Virus record (IMG/VR): IMGVR_UViG_3300030104_002421
Location: 32,001-96,000 of that record
DNA length: 64,000 nt
Reading direction: 5' to 3' (one strand)
Source of the DNA: a virus
Part shown: positions 1 through 10,618 of the stretch, in pieces
Position numbering within the stretch: the stretch's first letter is position 1
Layout: the number at the start of each line of letters is the position of its first letter
Made by a program: the position numbers and the translations under genes
Notes under the pieces: generated by a model
Told to the model about the DNA's origin: nothing
The model's input: the letters and a program-made list of their open reading frames with translations, nothing else
Database searches by the model: none

Positions 1-175
1 AAAATTTTACCCAAGGTCTTTCATAATTGTTGGCGATATCCCAATCTGTTTTTGAGATATTATCATTATAGTATTTGTCATTACTTTGTTTTGGTTCTGC
101 CCAACCATTTTTGATATGTTGTTGTAATTGACTTTTAATTAAAATGTGTTTGTCTAAAGGTAGTTTAATAATCAT
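1..175 (-). CDS. Partial ORF running off the window edge (MIIKLPLDKHILIKSQLQQHIKNGWAEPKQ...), possibly another 2OG-Fe(II) oxygenase-like protein
   Basis: Open frame from ATG at 175-173, overlapping the TGA of the upstream minus-strand gene (ATGA overlap); only the N-terminus is visible. Confidence 0.6.
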   Translation of the reverse strand, partial: MIIKLPLDKHILIKSQLQQHIKNGWAEPKQSNDKYYNDNISKTDWDIANNYERPWVKF

Positions 176-771
176 TTGTAAGGGTATCCTAGATTCCATA
201 TTACTAAAGAGTGTCTTACACCCTTGGTAACTGGTGTAACTCTATGTTTAACAAAAGAAGGAAATATACAAATAGACCCTCTTTCTTTTATTTCATTTAC
301 TTGAAATACACCATTTGGTGTTTCAAACTCTAAATCACCACCCTCATATTCGCCAGGGTGTGATAATTGTAATGTACAGGATAACTTTCTTATCTTACCA
401 TGATAATTTACATTGTCATTAGTAAAAGGTTGTACATCTTGGTCAGCATGCCAATGATAGTATTGATTTAGTTTATAACGAGTAAATTGTGCAGGTTCTG
501 AAAAGTCCCAATCAAAGTTCCATTTAGCATTTCTATTTGCTTCATCTACAAGTGGGTGTATCTCACTATAAACCCAAGGTTCTGATATCCAAGATACATT
601 GCTGTCTCTATGTAGTTTGATTTCTTCTTGTTTTTCCTCTGCTTCCTTTGCAGATATTTGACCTGTAGTAGCAAAATCTTCTTGTAGACCTTGACCAAAC
701 TGTACAATTTCATCACATATTCTAGGTGGAAGCGCTGCTGTAAAATAATAATAATAGTTTTCCAATATCAT
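172..771 (-). CDS. 2OG-Fe(II) oxygenase (PKHD/P4H-like)
   Basis: HxD (WHAD), RKLSCTLQLS..YEGGDLEF, distal H (KHRVTPV) and R (RHSLV); likely start MILENYYY at 771. Confidence 0.9.
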   Translation of the reverse strand: MILENYYYYFTAALPPRICDEIVQFGQGLQEDFATTGQISAKEAEEKQEEIKLHRDSNVSWISEPWVYSEIHPLVDEANRNAKWNFDWDFSEPAQFTRYKLNQYYHWHADQDVQPFTNDNVNYHGKIRKLSCTLQLSHPGEYEGGDLEFETPNGVFQVNEIKERGSICIFPSFVKHRVTPVTKGVRHSLVIWNLGYPYK

Positions 772-800
772 ATAGGTATATATAATGCATAAATAGTCAT
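772..800. promoter_or_regulatory. Back-to-back late (gp55-type) promoter variants
   Basis: CATAAATA at 788-795 lies 5 nt before the gp13 ATG; TATATATA at 777-784 lies 5 nt before the minus-strand ATG at 771. Confidence 0.55.
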
Positions 801-1628
801 ATGGCACAGAATAATCCAATTACCACAAGAGAGACTATGAAACAGTATTGCCTACGAGCATTAGGTAAACCTGTTATAGAAATCAATGTAGAAGACGACC
901 AAGTAGAAGATAGAATTGATGAAGCGTTACAATACTTTGCTCAATACCATTATGATGGCGTTGAAAGAATGTATTTAAAACATGTTGTAACTGCCGCTGA
1001 TATTACAAGAGCAAGGTCAGACGAAACATTGTCAACAGTTACAGATACAGCAGACAGTACGGTCACATCAGTTTGGACAGAAGGTAAGAATTATATACCT
1101 TTGCCATCTAGTGTTATGTCAGTAGTAAATGTATTTCCATTTACAGATAAAGCGGCATTAAACTTGTTTGATGTAAGATATCAATTAAGATTAAATGATT
1201 TGTACGATTTTTCATCTACAAGCATTATACACTATGATATGACATTAAGACATTTAGATTTATTAGACCATATCCTTGTAGGTGAAAGACCTGTAAGATA
1301 TAATATGCATAAAAACAGATTGTATATTGATATGGATTGGGCAAATGATGTAGCAGCAGGTGATTATCTAGTCATAGAATGTCATAGAAAATTAAACCCT
1401 TCTACTTTTACAGATATTTTTGATGATATGTTTTTAAAGAAATATACTATTCAATTAATTAAAAGACAATGGGGTGCTAACTTAATCAAGTTTCAAGGCG
1501 TTGCAATGTTAGGTGGTGTCGCATTAAATGGCGAACAACTATATACACAGGCGCAAGAAGAAATAAATAAACTAGAAGAACAAATACAATTATCATACGA
1601 ATTACCACCACAATATATGGTAGGATAA
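801..1628 (+). CDS. gp13: Neck protein gp13
   Basis: YCLRALGKPVIEINV..DQVEDRIDEALQ, KRQWGANLIKF motifs; T4 synteny. Confidence 0.95.
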   Translation: MAQNNPITTRETMKQYCLRALGKPVIEINVEDDQVEDRIDEALQYFAQYHYDGVERMYLKHVVTAADITRARSDETLSTVTDTADSTVTSVWTEGKNYIPLPSSVMSVVNVFPFTDKAALNLFDVRYQLRLNDLYDFSSTSIIHYDMTLRHLDLLDHILVGERPVRYNMHKNRLYIDMDWANDVAAGDYLVIECHRKLNPSTFTDIFDDMFLKKYTIQLIKRQWGANLIKFQGVAMLGGVALNGEQLYTQAQEEINKLEEQIQLSYELPPQYMVG

Positions 1629-1632
1629 AATC

Positions 1633-2514
1633 ATGCGAAATACTTACTTTTCACATGGCACACGCTCAGAGAAAACCTTATATGAGGATTTAATCATAGA
1701 GCAGTTAAAGATATATGGACATGAAGTTCATTATTTGCCAAGAAAAACTGTTACTGAGGATAAGATATTAGGTGAAACACCTGATAGTACATTTACAGAA
1801 AATTACATGATTGAAATGTATGTTGAAGATGTAAATGGTTTTGCAGGTCAAGGTGATTTAATTGGTAAGTTTGGTTTAGAAGTAAGAGACGAATTGACTT
1901 TCGTTGTTAGCAGGCGTAGTTTTGAAATGCTTGTTGACCAACCATCAAATACAATAGCAATTGATAGACCTGTTGAAGGTGATGTTATCTATATGCCAAC
2001 TTTTAAAAAGTTTTGGCAAGTAGATTTTGTTGAAGATGAGGATCCAATGTATCAAATCAATGATTTACCTATCTTCAAATTAAAATGCTCTGTTTGGGAA
2101 TACTCACACGAATTAGTGGATACAGGCATTACTGAAATTGATGAGAAACTAGAAAATGTATCCCAAGATTTATTACTAAATCAAATTACTTTAGAGGCGG
2201 GTACAACTTCAGCAGGTTCATTATTAGCAGAGGTTACAGATGGTAATGTTGAGGCATTACTTACAGAAACAGGTACAGGCGACTTCTACCTTGTTGATGA
2301 AACAGATAGCGACAATTTAATTCTGGAAGATGACCCTAATTATGTTGACTATATAATACAAGAAGACGCATTAACAGGCAACTTAGCAACGGACACAAGC
2401 GGTGCAAGCAATATAAGTTTTGATGATGAAGCGGGATTAAATGATACTGATACATCAAATGATATATTTGACTTTAGCGAAAAAAATCCATTTGGTGACC
2501 CAAGCGATATATAA
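1633..2514 (+). CDS. gp14: Neck/head-closure protein gp14
   Basis: LIIEQLKIYG.EVHYLPR, KFGLEVRDE, C-terminal FSEKNPFG. Confidence 0.95.
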   Translation: MRNTYFSHGTRSEKTLYEDLIIEQLKIYGHEVHYLPRKTVTEDKILGETPDSTFTENYMIEMYVEDVNGFAGQGDLIGKFGLEVRDELTFVVSRRSFEMLVDQPSNTIAIDRPVEGDVIYMPTFKKFWQVDFVEDEDPMYQINDLPIFKLKCSVWEYSHELVDTGITEIDEKLENVSQDLLLNQITLEAGTTSAGSLLAEVTDGNVEALLTETGTGDFYLVDETDSDNLILEDDPNYVDYIIQEDALTGNLATDTSGASNISFDDEAGLNDTDTSNDIFDFSEKNPFGDPSDI

Positions 2515-2525
2515 AGGAATAAATT

Positions 2526-3341
2526 ATGTTTAAAGACGCACAATACCATGAATTGATTAGAAAAACAATTGTGGCGTTTGGCACATTGTTTAACGATATG
2601 TACATATATCGAAAATCAAGCACAGGTAAAGTTACTCAAAAAATGAAAGTACCTTTAGCATATGGACCCAAACAAAAATTTTTAACAAGAATAGACCAGG
2701 ACTCTGCTCGTTCAGCATCTGACCCGGTTACAACGGCATTAACTTTACCAAGAATAGGTTTTGAATTAACAAGTTTAAGTTATGACCCGGCAAGAAAATT
2801 AAATAGAGTACAGAAATTTAAAAAAGTAAAAGGCGCAGATAGTAAGTCATTACAAAATTCTTACATGCCTGTTCCTTACAATGTAGGTTTTACTTTGTTT
2901 ACTATGGCAAAAAATAGTGAAGACGCTTTACAAATCGTTGAGCAAATACTACCTATGTTTCAACCTGACTATACAGTAGCATTAAATGTTATGCCTAATC
3001 TAGGCATTGTCCGTGATGTTCCTATTGTATTAAATGATGTATCATACGAAGATAGTTATGATGGTGCATTTACTGAAAGACGAGTGTTAATGTACACTAT
3101 GTCCTTTACAGCAAAAATGTATTTATATGGACCTGTAACAAGTACAGGTGTTATTAAACAAGTTCAGGTTGACCAATACACAGACACAAATACAACTACA
3201 GCAAAAAGAGAACAAAGATATGTTGTTAAACCAAACCCAACTACAGCAACCGCTGATGATGATTTTGGATTTACAGAAACAACTTCTTTTTTCCAAGACG
3301 CTGACGACTACGATCCGGATACTGGTACTGATAAACAATGA
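2526..3341 (+). CDS. gp15: Tail terminator/sheath stabiliser gp15
   Basis: IRKTIVAFGTLFND, VPLAYGPKQKF, LPRIGFE, QIVEQILPMFQP. Confidence 0.95.
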   Translation: MFKDAQYHELIRKTIVAFGTLFNDMYIYRKSSTGKVTQKMKVPLAYGPKQKFLTRIDQDSARSASDPVTTALTLPRIGFELTSLSYDPARKLNRVQKFKKVKGADSKSLQNSYMPVPYNVGFTLFTMAKNSEDALQIVEQILPMFQPDYTVALNVMPNLGIVRDVPIVLNDVSYEDSYDGAFTERRVLMYTMSFTAKMYLYGPVTSTGVIKQVQVDQYTDTNTTTAKREQRYVVKPNPTTATADDDFGFTETTSFFQDADDYDPDTGTDKQ

Positions 3342-3347
3342 TAGATT

Positions 3348-3749
3348 ATGAAAAAAGTAGAAGACAAGTTAAACGAGATACTTGATATATCTGAAAAGGT
3401 AGAAAAGGTTGAAAGTAAACCAATCATACCCAGACCAAAAGAGGATGAAGATGTATCTGCTGATTACAAGTACAGTAGGGAAAACCTATATAATCTAGTA
3501 GAAAGAGGACAGGACGCCATTGATGGCGCCCTTAATCTTGCAAAAGAAACAGACCACCCACGAGCATATGAGGTTGCAGGCAATCTAATTAAAAATGTGG
3601 GTGATGTAACAGATAAACTTATACAACTACAAGAGAAAAAGAAAAAACTAAATGATGATACTGTGAAAGGTCCTAATAAGGTTGAAAATAACTTATTCGT
3701 AGGTTCTACGGCTGAGTTACAAAAACTTATAAAAAAGAAAGATGGGTAG
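3348..3749 (+). CDS. gp16: Terminase small subunit gp16
   Basis: DYKYSRENL, HPRAYEVAGNLIK, NNLFVGSTAELQK. Confidence 0.95.
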   Translation: MKKVEDKLNEILDISEKVEKVESKPIIPRPKEDEDVSADYKYSRENLYNLVERGQDAIDGALNLAKETDHPRAYEVAGNLIKNVGDVTDKLIQLQEKKKKLNDDTVKGPNKVENNLFVGSTAELQKLIKKKDG

Positions 3750-4356
3750 TATAACTATTAATACTTGGATTAATGATACAAATTTATGGACAACGCCTTT
3801 ATTTAATTGCAATGTACCAATTAAACCTGACTGGTTAAAGTATATCAAAGATAATACAGATAAGTTATGGGACGATACACAAAACCCTAACGGTTCATAT
3901 ACAACAAAAACTGATTTACATACACATAAAATATTTGAACCTTTAAATCAAATATTAAAACAAGTTAGTATTACTACCTTTGGTAAAAATGTAGAAAGTG
4001 TAAAAGTGGCAAACATGTGGGCAAATATACTGAAGCGTGGCGAATATCATTTATTACATACACACAATGAACACACCATGAGTGGTGCATATTACTTAAA
4101 AGTACCAGAAAATTCAGGTCAATTATATTTTAGAGACCCAAGACCAAATAGTAATTCTTGGACACAAAAATTTTTAGATAAAGGTAACATGAGGTTTTTT
4201 GATGTAAAAGAAGGCGACTTATATTTTTGGCCGTCTTTTTTAGACCATGGTACAACACCACACGGTTCTGACGAAGAAAGAATTACAATTAGTTTTGATT
4301 TAGATTATTCAGGACCTAACTATAAATTTGGAGATAACGGATACAATGGACAGTAA
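3742..4356 (+). CDS. 2OG-Fe(II) oxygenase (TIGR02466-like) inserted between gp16 and gp17
   Basis: WANI..HxH, SGAYYL, FRDPRP, FWPSFLDH, RITISFD. Confidence 0.85.
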   Translation: MGSITINTWINDTNLWTTPLFNCNVPIKPDWLKYIKDNTDKLWDDTQNPNGSYTTKTDLHTHKIFEPLNQILKQVSITTFGKNVESVKVANMWANILKRGEYHLLHTHNEHTMSGAYYLKVPENSGQLYFRDPRPNSNSWTQKFLDKGNMRFFDVKEGDLYFWPSFLDHGTTPHGSDEERITISFDLDYSGPNYKFGDNGYNGQ

Positions 4357-5986
4357 ATCTTATCTAGGTAATCCTAACTTAAAAGCGGCAAATCAAAAGA
4401 TACGCTTTACAAAAAAACAAGTTAGAGAGTTTTTACAATGTCAGGATAATCCCATATATTTTATTACAAACTATTTAAAGATAGTTACACTAGACCACGG
4501 TCTACAACCATTTAAGTTATATAACTTTCAAAAAGAAATGGTTGATACTTTTCATAATAATCGTTTTAGTATATGTAAACTACCAAGACAAACAGGTAAG
4601 TCAACAACAATTATTGCTTATCTATTACACTATGCAATATTTAATCCTAATGTTAACATTGCAATACTTGCCAATAAGGCGGCGGTTGCTAGAGATTTAT
4701 TAGGTAGATTGCAACTTGCATATGAAAATTTACCAAAGTGGTTACAACAAGGTGTTATAAACTGGAACAAAGGTAGTTTAGAATTAGAAAATGGTAGTAA
4801 GATACTTGCCGCTGCTACATCATCAAGTGCTGTGCGTGGTGGTTCTTATAACATTATATTCTTGGACGAGTTTGCATATGTACCAAACAATATCGCTGAA
4901 CAATTTTTTAGTTCAGTTTATCCTACAATATCTTCTGGTAAAAGTTCTAAAGTAATGATTGTATCTACACCACATGGTATGAATATGTTTTATAAAATGT
5001 GGAATGACGCTGTGCATGAAAGAAATAGTTACAAACCAATTGAGGTTCATTGGTCAGAGGTACCAGGTAGAGATGAGAAATGGAAACAAGAAACAATAAA
5101 GAATACAAGTGAACAACAATTTAGAACAGAATTTGATTGTGAGTTTTTAGGTAGTGTTGATACACTTATTAATAGTGCAAAGTTAAGAACATTATCACAT
5201 AATACACCAGAACAATCTAGTGCCGGTTTAGATATACATGAAATGCCACGAAAAGGTGCAAGATATGTAATGACTGTTGATGTTGCCAGAGGTACTGTAA
5301 ATGATTATTCTGCTTTTGTCGTTATTGACGCAACAAGTATACCATACAAGGTTGTTGCAAAATATAAAAACAATGAAATTAAACCTTTAGTATTTCCACA
5401 AATTATTCATAAGATTGCAACACAATATAATAAGGCAGAGGTCTTAATTGAGGTAAATGATATAGGTGGACAGGTGGCAGATACTATGCAATTTGACCTA
5501 GAGTATGATAATTTGATTATGGTAAATCAAAGAGGGCGTTCAGGTCAGGTTGCAGGTACAGGATTTAGTGGTAAACAAAGTCAACTAGGTGTAAGAACAA
5601 CAAAAGCAACAAAGAAAATAGGGTGTTCAAATCTTAAAGCAATGATAGAACATGATAAACTAATCATACAAGACTTTCATATTATACAAGAATTATCTAC
5701 CTATATATTAAAAGGTAAAGAAAAATACGAAGCGGAAGAAGGGTCAAGTGATGATTTAGTTACTTGTTTAGTTATGTTCGCATGGTTATCAAATCAGACA
5801 TATTTTAAAGAATTGACAGACCAAGATATACGAGCAAGACTTGTAGATGAACAACAAGACGCAATGGACCAAGACATGGCACCCTTTGGATTTATAGATG
5901 ATGGCATAGAAAGTGAAGAAGATAGTAGTTATAAAGACCCTTATGGTACTACATGGTCACCTGTAAAATACAAGAAGGGACTGTAA
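4346..5986 (+). CDS. gp17: Terminase large subunit gp17
   Basis: YLGNPNLK, Walker A PRQTGKST, Walker B IFLDEFA, STPHG, nuclease DVARG and DDLV. Confidence 0.97.
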   Translation: MDSKSYLGNPNLKAANQKIRFTKKQVREFLQCQDNPIYFITNYLKIVTLDHGLQPFKLYNFQKEMVDTFHNNRFSICKLPRQTGKSTTIIAYLLHYAIFNPNVNIAILANKAAVARDLLGRLQLAYENLPKWLQQGVINWNKGSLELENGSKILAAATSSSAVRGGSYNIIFLDEFAYVPNNIAEQFFSSVYPTISSGKSSKVMIVSTPHGMNMFYKMWNDAVHERNSYKPIEVHWSEVPGRDEKWKQETIKNTSEQQFRTEFDCEFLGSVDTLINSAKLRTLSHNTPEQSSAGLDIHEMPRKGARYVMTVDVARGTVNDYSAFVVIDATSIPYKVVAKYKNNEIKPLVFPQIIHKIATQYNKAEVLIEVNDIGGQVADTMQFDLEYDNLIMVNQRGRSGQVAGTGFSGKQSQLGVRTTKATKKIGCSNLKAMIEHDKLIIQDFHIIQELSTYILKGKEKYEAEEGSSDDLVTCLVMFAWLSNQTYFKELTDQDIRARLVDEQQDAMDQDMAPFGFIDDGIESEEDSSYKDPYGTTWSPVKYKKGL

Positions 5987-5998
5987 GATTTTGATAAT

Positions 5999-6006
5999 TA
6001 TAAATA
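5999..6006 (+). promoter_or_regulatory. T4 late promoter TATAAATA upstream of gp18
   Basis: Exact consensus, followed by an AGGAG SD. Confidence 0.85.
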
Positions 6007-6052
6007 GATGTAAGAACAAATTAACAATTCTTAAATTTAAGGAGAAAACAAG

Positions 6053-8035
6053 ATGGCTTTTTTAGTTTCACCTGGTGTTCTCGTTACGGAAAAGGATCTT
6101 ACTAATGTAGTTCCTGCTGTCTCTACCTCAATTGGTGGTGCAGTAGTAGTTAGTGAGAGAGGGCCAATGGAAGAGGTTACTTTAATCTCTAGTGAGGACG
6201 AATATGTTAGTGTTTTTGGGAAACCAGACACAAGCACATTTGAATATTTTTTTAGTGCAACCAACTTTTTACAATACGGAAATGCCTTAAAAGTGGTTAG
6301 AGCGGCAACAGGTTGCGTAAATGCAGCTGTATCAGGTACACCTGTGCTAATCAAAAACACTACAGACTATCTAAATAATTACTCCACAGGACAAGGAAGT
6401 GTAGGTGCATGGGCGGCTAGAGAAGCAGGCACATGGGGAAATAACTTACAAGTTTCTACTTGTACCAACTCAACGGCATATTCACAAACATTGCCTTCAG
6501 ATAACCTAGTCAATGACGCTGACGCAGCTATTGGCGATACAACCATTACGGTTGATGACGGTGCTGAAATCAATACTGGTGACTTGTTAGAGTTTGGTGA
6601 CATATCAAGCAACTTTACTGCCGCTCCTAGTGGATATTATTATAAAGTTACAGGAAAATCAACACACTTATTAACTATCGCAAGATTTGACCCAGCAACT
6701 GGTGCAACTCAAACAGGTGGTTTAAGACATGCTGTAGCTAACAACGCATATGTTAAGAGATATTGGGAACATTATTTTCAATTCTCAGCGGCACCAACTA
6801 CAACTGATGATGTAAGTAATGCTGGTGGTTCTAATGATGAATTACACATTGCTATCGTTGACCAAGATGGTGGTATCTCAGGTACTGCTGGAACAATTTT
6901 AGAAAAATTTGAAGGACTTTCACAAGCTTCAGACGCTAAAACTGCTCAAGGCGATACAAACTATTATGCTGATGTTATATATCAACAATCACAATATATT
7001 TACTGGATGGATCATCAAACAGTATTATCAACTGCTGGTACTACAAAGGTTGGTACTACTTTTGATAACGCTTCCACTTCAGCTTTTATTGTGTTTAGAG
7101 ACGCATTGACAGGCGGAACTGACGATTTAGTTCCAACTGCTGCTGAATTATCTCTTGCATGGGATAAATTTGGCGACGCTGAAACAGTAGATGTAAATTT
7201 ACTAATAGGCGGTCCATCACAAACTAATGCTGACGCTACGGGTGATACCATGGCAACAAAAGTAATTGATACTGCTGAAGGCAGAAAAGATTGTGTAGCA
7301 TTTATTTCACCTGCGAGAGCAGATGTTGTTAATGTAACTAATCCAATCTCACAGACAGCTAATGTTAAAGCTTTTGCTGATGGTTTATCATCTTCAAGTT
7401 ATGCAGTAATAGATAGTGGTTACAAATATATGTACGACAAATATAATGCCGTATATCGTTTTGTTCCATTAAACGGCGATATCGCTGGTCTATGTGCAAG
7501 AACAGATACAGTAGCAGACAGCTGGTTCTCACCTGCAGGATTTAGTAGAGGTCAAATTAGAGGCGCTATTAAACTTGCATTTGACCCAACAAACGCACAA
7601 AGAGATGAATTGTATAAAGCTAGAGTAAACCCAGTAGTTACATTCCCTGGACAAGGCACAGTCTTGTTTGGTGATAAAACTGCTCAGTCTAAACCTAGTG
7701 CTTTTGACAGAATTAATGTTAGAAGACTATTCATAACTTTAGAGAAGGCGATAGCAACTGCTGCTAAATTCCAACTCTTTGAGTTCAATGATGAATTTAC
7801 AAGAGCGAATTTCAGAAACTTGATTGAACCTTTCTTGCGTGATGTACAAGGTCGAAGAGGTATAACAGACTTTTCTGTTGTATGTGATGAGACCAACAAC
7901 ACTTCAGCGTTAATTGACAGAAACGAATTTGTGGCTGATATCTTTATCAAACCAAATCGTTCAATTAACTTTATTCAACTTAACTTTGTCGCAACACGAA
8001 CAGGCGTAGCCTTTAGTGAAGTGGCAGGCGCATAG
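6053..8035 (+). CDS. gp18: Tail sheath protein gp18
   Basis: SPGVLVTEKDLT, WFSPAGFSRG, FDRINVRRLF, FEFNDEFTR. Confidence 0.97.
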   Translation: MAFLVSPGVLVTEKDLTNVVPAVSTSIGGAVVVSERGPMEEVTLISSEDEYVSVFGKPDTSTFEYFFSATNFLQYGNALKVVRAATGCVNAAVSGTPVLIKNTTDYLNNYSTGQGSVGAWAAREAGTWGNNLQVSTCTNSTAYSQTLPSDNLVNDADAAIGDTTITVDDGAEINTGDLLEFGDISSNFTAAPSGYYYKVTGKSTHLLTIARFDPATGATQTGGLRHAVANNAYVKRYWEHYFQFSAAPTTTDDVSNAGGSNDELHIAIVDQDGGISGTAGTILEKFEGLSQASDAKTAQGDTNYYADVIYQQSQYIYWMDHQTVLSTAGTTKVGTTFDNASTSAFIVFRDALTGGTDDLVPTAAELSLAWDKFGDAETVDVNLLIGGPSQTNADATGDTMATKVIDTAEGRKDCVAFISPARADVVNVTNPISQTANVKAFADGLSSSSYAVIDSGYKYMYDKYNAVYRFVPLNGDIAGLCARTDTVADSWFSPAGFSRGQIRGAIKLAFDPTNAQRDELYKARVNPVVTFPGQGTVLFGDKTAQSKPSAFDRINVRRLFITLEKAIATAAKFQLFEFNDEFTRANFRNLIEPFLRDVQGRRGITDFSVVCDETNNTSALIDRNEFVADIFIKPNRSINFIQLNFVATRTGVAFSEVAGA

Positions 8036-8049
8036 AGAGGAGATAGAAA

Positions 8050-8577
8050 ATGGCTAATGTATCAGACTTTATCTCTAAACTAAAAGGTGGCGGAGCAAGA
8101 CAGAACCAGTTTAAGGTAACTTTACCTTTTCCAGGTTATGCTGCTGTAGGTGGTGAAACAGAAAACATGGCGTTTTTATGTAGTGCTACTCAACTACCAA
8201 GCTCAGAGATAGGTGAATTAACAGTAAACTTCCGTGGTAGACCAATCTACATGGCAGGTGATAGAACATTCCAAACTTGGACTACAACTATCATCAATGA
8301 TACCTCTTTTGATATCAGAAATGCTATAGAAAGATGGTCAAACGGTATCAACAATCATTCAGACAATGAAGGATTATCAAACCCAACTGACTATCAAGTG
8401 GACGCTTTTGTTGACCATTTAGATAGAAGTGGTAACGCTTTGAAATCTTATACATTTAGAGGTCTTTGGCCGCTAACTGTAGGTACTGTTGACCTGAATA
8501 TGGACCAAGTAACGGCACTTGAAACTTTTGAGTGTACTTGGAGATACCAATACTGGGAATCTAACACTACAACTTAA
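8050..8577 (+). CDS. gp19: Tail tube protein gp19
   Basis: GGARQNQF, FRGR..AGDRTF..W. Confidence 0.95.
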   Translation: MANVSDFISKLKGGGARQNQFKVTLPFPGYAAVGGETENMAFLCSATQLPSSEIGELTVNFRGRPIYMAGDRTFQTWTTTIINDTSFDIRNAIERWSNGINNHSDNEGLSNPTDYQVDAFVDHLDRSGNALKSYTFRGLWPLTVGTVDLNMDQVTALETFECTWRYQYWESNTTT

Positions 8578-8590
8578 TCGTTGTGAAAAA

Positions 8591-8610
8591 GGGCGTCCTC
8601 CGGGACGCCC
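8591..8610. terminator. GC-rich hairpin after gp19
   Basis: GGGCGTCC-TCCG-GGACGCCC, with an A-tract 5' of it and a CTAAATA late-promoter variant immediately 3'. Confidence 0.7.
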
Positions 8611-8636
8611 TAAATATATAAAAAGGAGTAAAAGTA

Positions 8637-10196
8637 GTGGCAGAAATCTTTGGATTTGAAATAAAAAGAAAACCTACTGGGGCAAGTTCCCAGCAGTTTA
8701 CAGCACCTACAGCTGATGATGGTGTACAAACCATTATGGGTGGTGGTCATTTTGGCACCTACCTAGACATTGAAGGTAAAGTAAATAACGAGGCAGATTT
8801 AATTCGCAGGTATAGAGAGGTTGCAATACAACCTGAATGTGACCAAGCGATAGAAGATATTATCAACGAAGCAATTGTTGTTGATGATAATAAGGAAACG
8901 GTAAGACTTAACATGAATAAAGTACCGTTCTCACCTAAAATTAAAAAAAGTATTAATGACGAGTTTAACAATATACTTTCACTTATAGAGTTTGAAGGAA
9001 AAGGACATGATATCTTTCGTAGATGGTATGTTGACGGAAGAATAGTATATCACAAAGTAATAAACCCTAAAAATTTAAAAGAAGGTATAACAGAATTAAG
9101 ATATATTGATCCTCGAAAAATTAAAAAGGTAAGAAAACCTAAAGAGGATCCTACAAAAAGTTTTAAACCAAAAGACCCAAATAAACCTGAGGTTGTAGAA
9201 TTTGAAGAATTTTTTATCTACAATGAAAAAGGTATTGCGTCTGGCGGTAGTGTTGCTGCTACACAAGGTATGCAGATAACAAAAGACGCTATAGCGTTTT
9301 GCCCTAGTGGTCTTATAGACCAACAAAGAAATATGATATTGTCTCATTTACATAAGGCAATTAAACCTGTCAATCAATTAAGAATGATTGAGGATAGTGT
9401 TGTTATATATCGTATTAGTAGGGCACCAGAAAGAAGAATTTTTTATATTGATGTTGGTAATCTACCAAAAGTAAAGGCAGAGCAATATCTAAAAGATGTA
9501 ATGAACAGGTATAGAAATAAACTTGTTTATGACGCTTCAACAGGAGAGATTAGAGACGATAGACAATATATGTCTATGTTGGAGGACTTTTGGCTACCTA
9601 GACGAGAGGGTGGGAGAGGAACAGAAATAACAACTTTACCAGGTGGTTCAAACCTAGGTGAAATTGATGATATAAAATATTTCCAAAAGAAATTATATCA
9701 ATCGTTGAATGTTCCGTCTTCTCGTTTAGAAGCTGAGGGTAGTTTCAATATGGGTAGAGCAACTGAAATCAATAGAGACGAATTAAAATTTAGTAAATTT
9801 GTTCAAAGATTAAGAAACAGATTTAATAATTTATTCCATGATTTATTGAAAACACAATTAATCTTAAAAGGTATTGTAACAATAGAAGATTGGGAAAATA
9901 GTCTTGCAAGAACAATCAGATACGATTATGTAAATGATGGTTACTATGCAGAAATTAAAGAAAGCGAAATGTTTAAAGACCGTATGCAAGTTATGAGTGA
10001 TATGAAGAACAACGAAATGGTTGGTACATATTATTCACAGGACTTTGTAATGCGTAATATTCTTAAAATGTCAGACGCTGAAATATTAGAACAACAAGAA
10101 AAGATTGCTGCTGAAGCAAAAGCTGCTGAACAGCAACAACAACAAGAACCAGAGAATGGTGAAGAAGGAGATAATGATGACGGACAACAATTCTAA
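8637..10196 (+). CDS. gp20: Portal vertex protein gp20
   Basis: RRWYVDGR, YRISRAPERRIFYIDVGNLP, EDFWLPRREGGRGTEITTLPG. Confidence 0.97.
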   Translation: MAEIFGFEIKRKPTGASSQQFTAPTADDGVQTIMGGGHFGTYLDIEGKVNNEADLIRRYREVAIQPECDQAIEDIINEAIVVDDNKETVRLNMNKVPFSPKIKKSINDEFNNILSLIEFEGKGHDIFRRWYVDGRIVYHKVINPKNLKEGITELRYIDPRKIKKVRKPKEDPTKSFKPKDPNKPEVVEFEEFFIYNEKGIASGGSVAATQGMQITKDAIAFCPSGLIDQQRNMILSHLHKAIKPVNQLRMIEDSVVIYRISRAPERRIFYIDVGNLPKVKAEQYLKDVMNRYRNKLVYDASTGEIRDDRQYMSMLEDFWLPRREGGRGTEITTLPGGSNLGEIDDIKYFQKKLYQSLNVPSSRLEAEGSFNMGRATEINRDELKFSKFVQRLRNRFNNLFHDLLKTQLILKGIVTIEDWENSLARTIRYDYVNDGYYAEIKESEMFKDRMQVMSDMKNNEMVGTYYSQDFVMRNILKMSDAEILEQQEKIAAEAKAAEQQQQQEPENGEEGDNDDGQQF

Positions 10197-10395
10197 TCCT
10201 ACAAGGGATATGATTGACGCTTTGGATAAAGATAACAATGTGGATGCAGAGGTGCATTTTAAAAATGCTTTAAGTGCTAAAGTAGGGCAAGAACTTGACG
10301 ATAAGAGAAAAGATATTGCCAGCACTATTATGGCTAAAGAACCGGAAAAAACAAATGACAATAACGCTGAGCAATCTACGGAAATTGACGATTGA
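10177..10395 (+). CDS. Prohead core protein, gp67-like
   Basis: Small acidic protein directly after the portal, in the gp67 position. Confidence 0.6.
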   Translation: MTDNNSNPTRDMIDALDKDNNVDAEVHFKNALSAKVGQELDDKRKDIASTIMAKEPEKTNDNNAEQSTEIDD

Positions 10396-10606
10396 GAGGG
10401 ACGAACACAAGCGTTCCCCAGTCTATAAAAAACAAGCACCAAAAGCCAAGAAGGCGATTGATGATGTAATGGTTATGCTGGCAAAGCAACCATCAAAAGT
10501 TTTAACTACATTCCCTAAAATAATTAAGGATGTAAGTAAAAAATATGGCGTAAAGCCAAAAGATATTGAAACCTATTTCGCAAAAGAAACAGGTCTAACC
10601 ATATAA
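10355..10606 (+). CDS. Small basic prohead-region protein
   Basis: ORF in the head operon, likely start MTITLSNLRKLTIE. Confidence 0.6.
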   Translation: MTITLSNLRKLTIERDEHKRSPVYKKQAPKAKKAIDDVMVMLAKQPSKVLTTFPKIIKDVSKKYGVKPKDIETYFAKETGLTI

Positions 10607-10618
10607 AGGAGAGTAAAA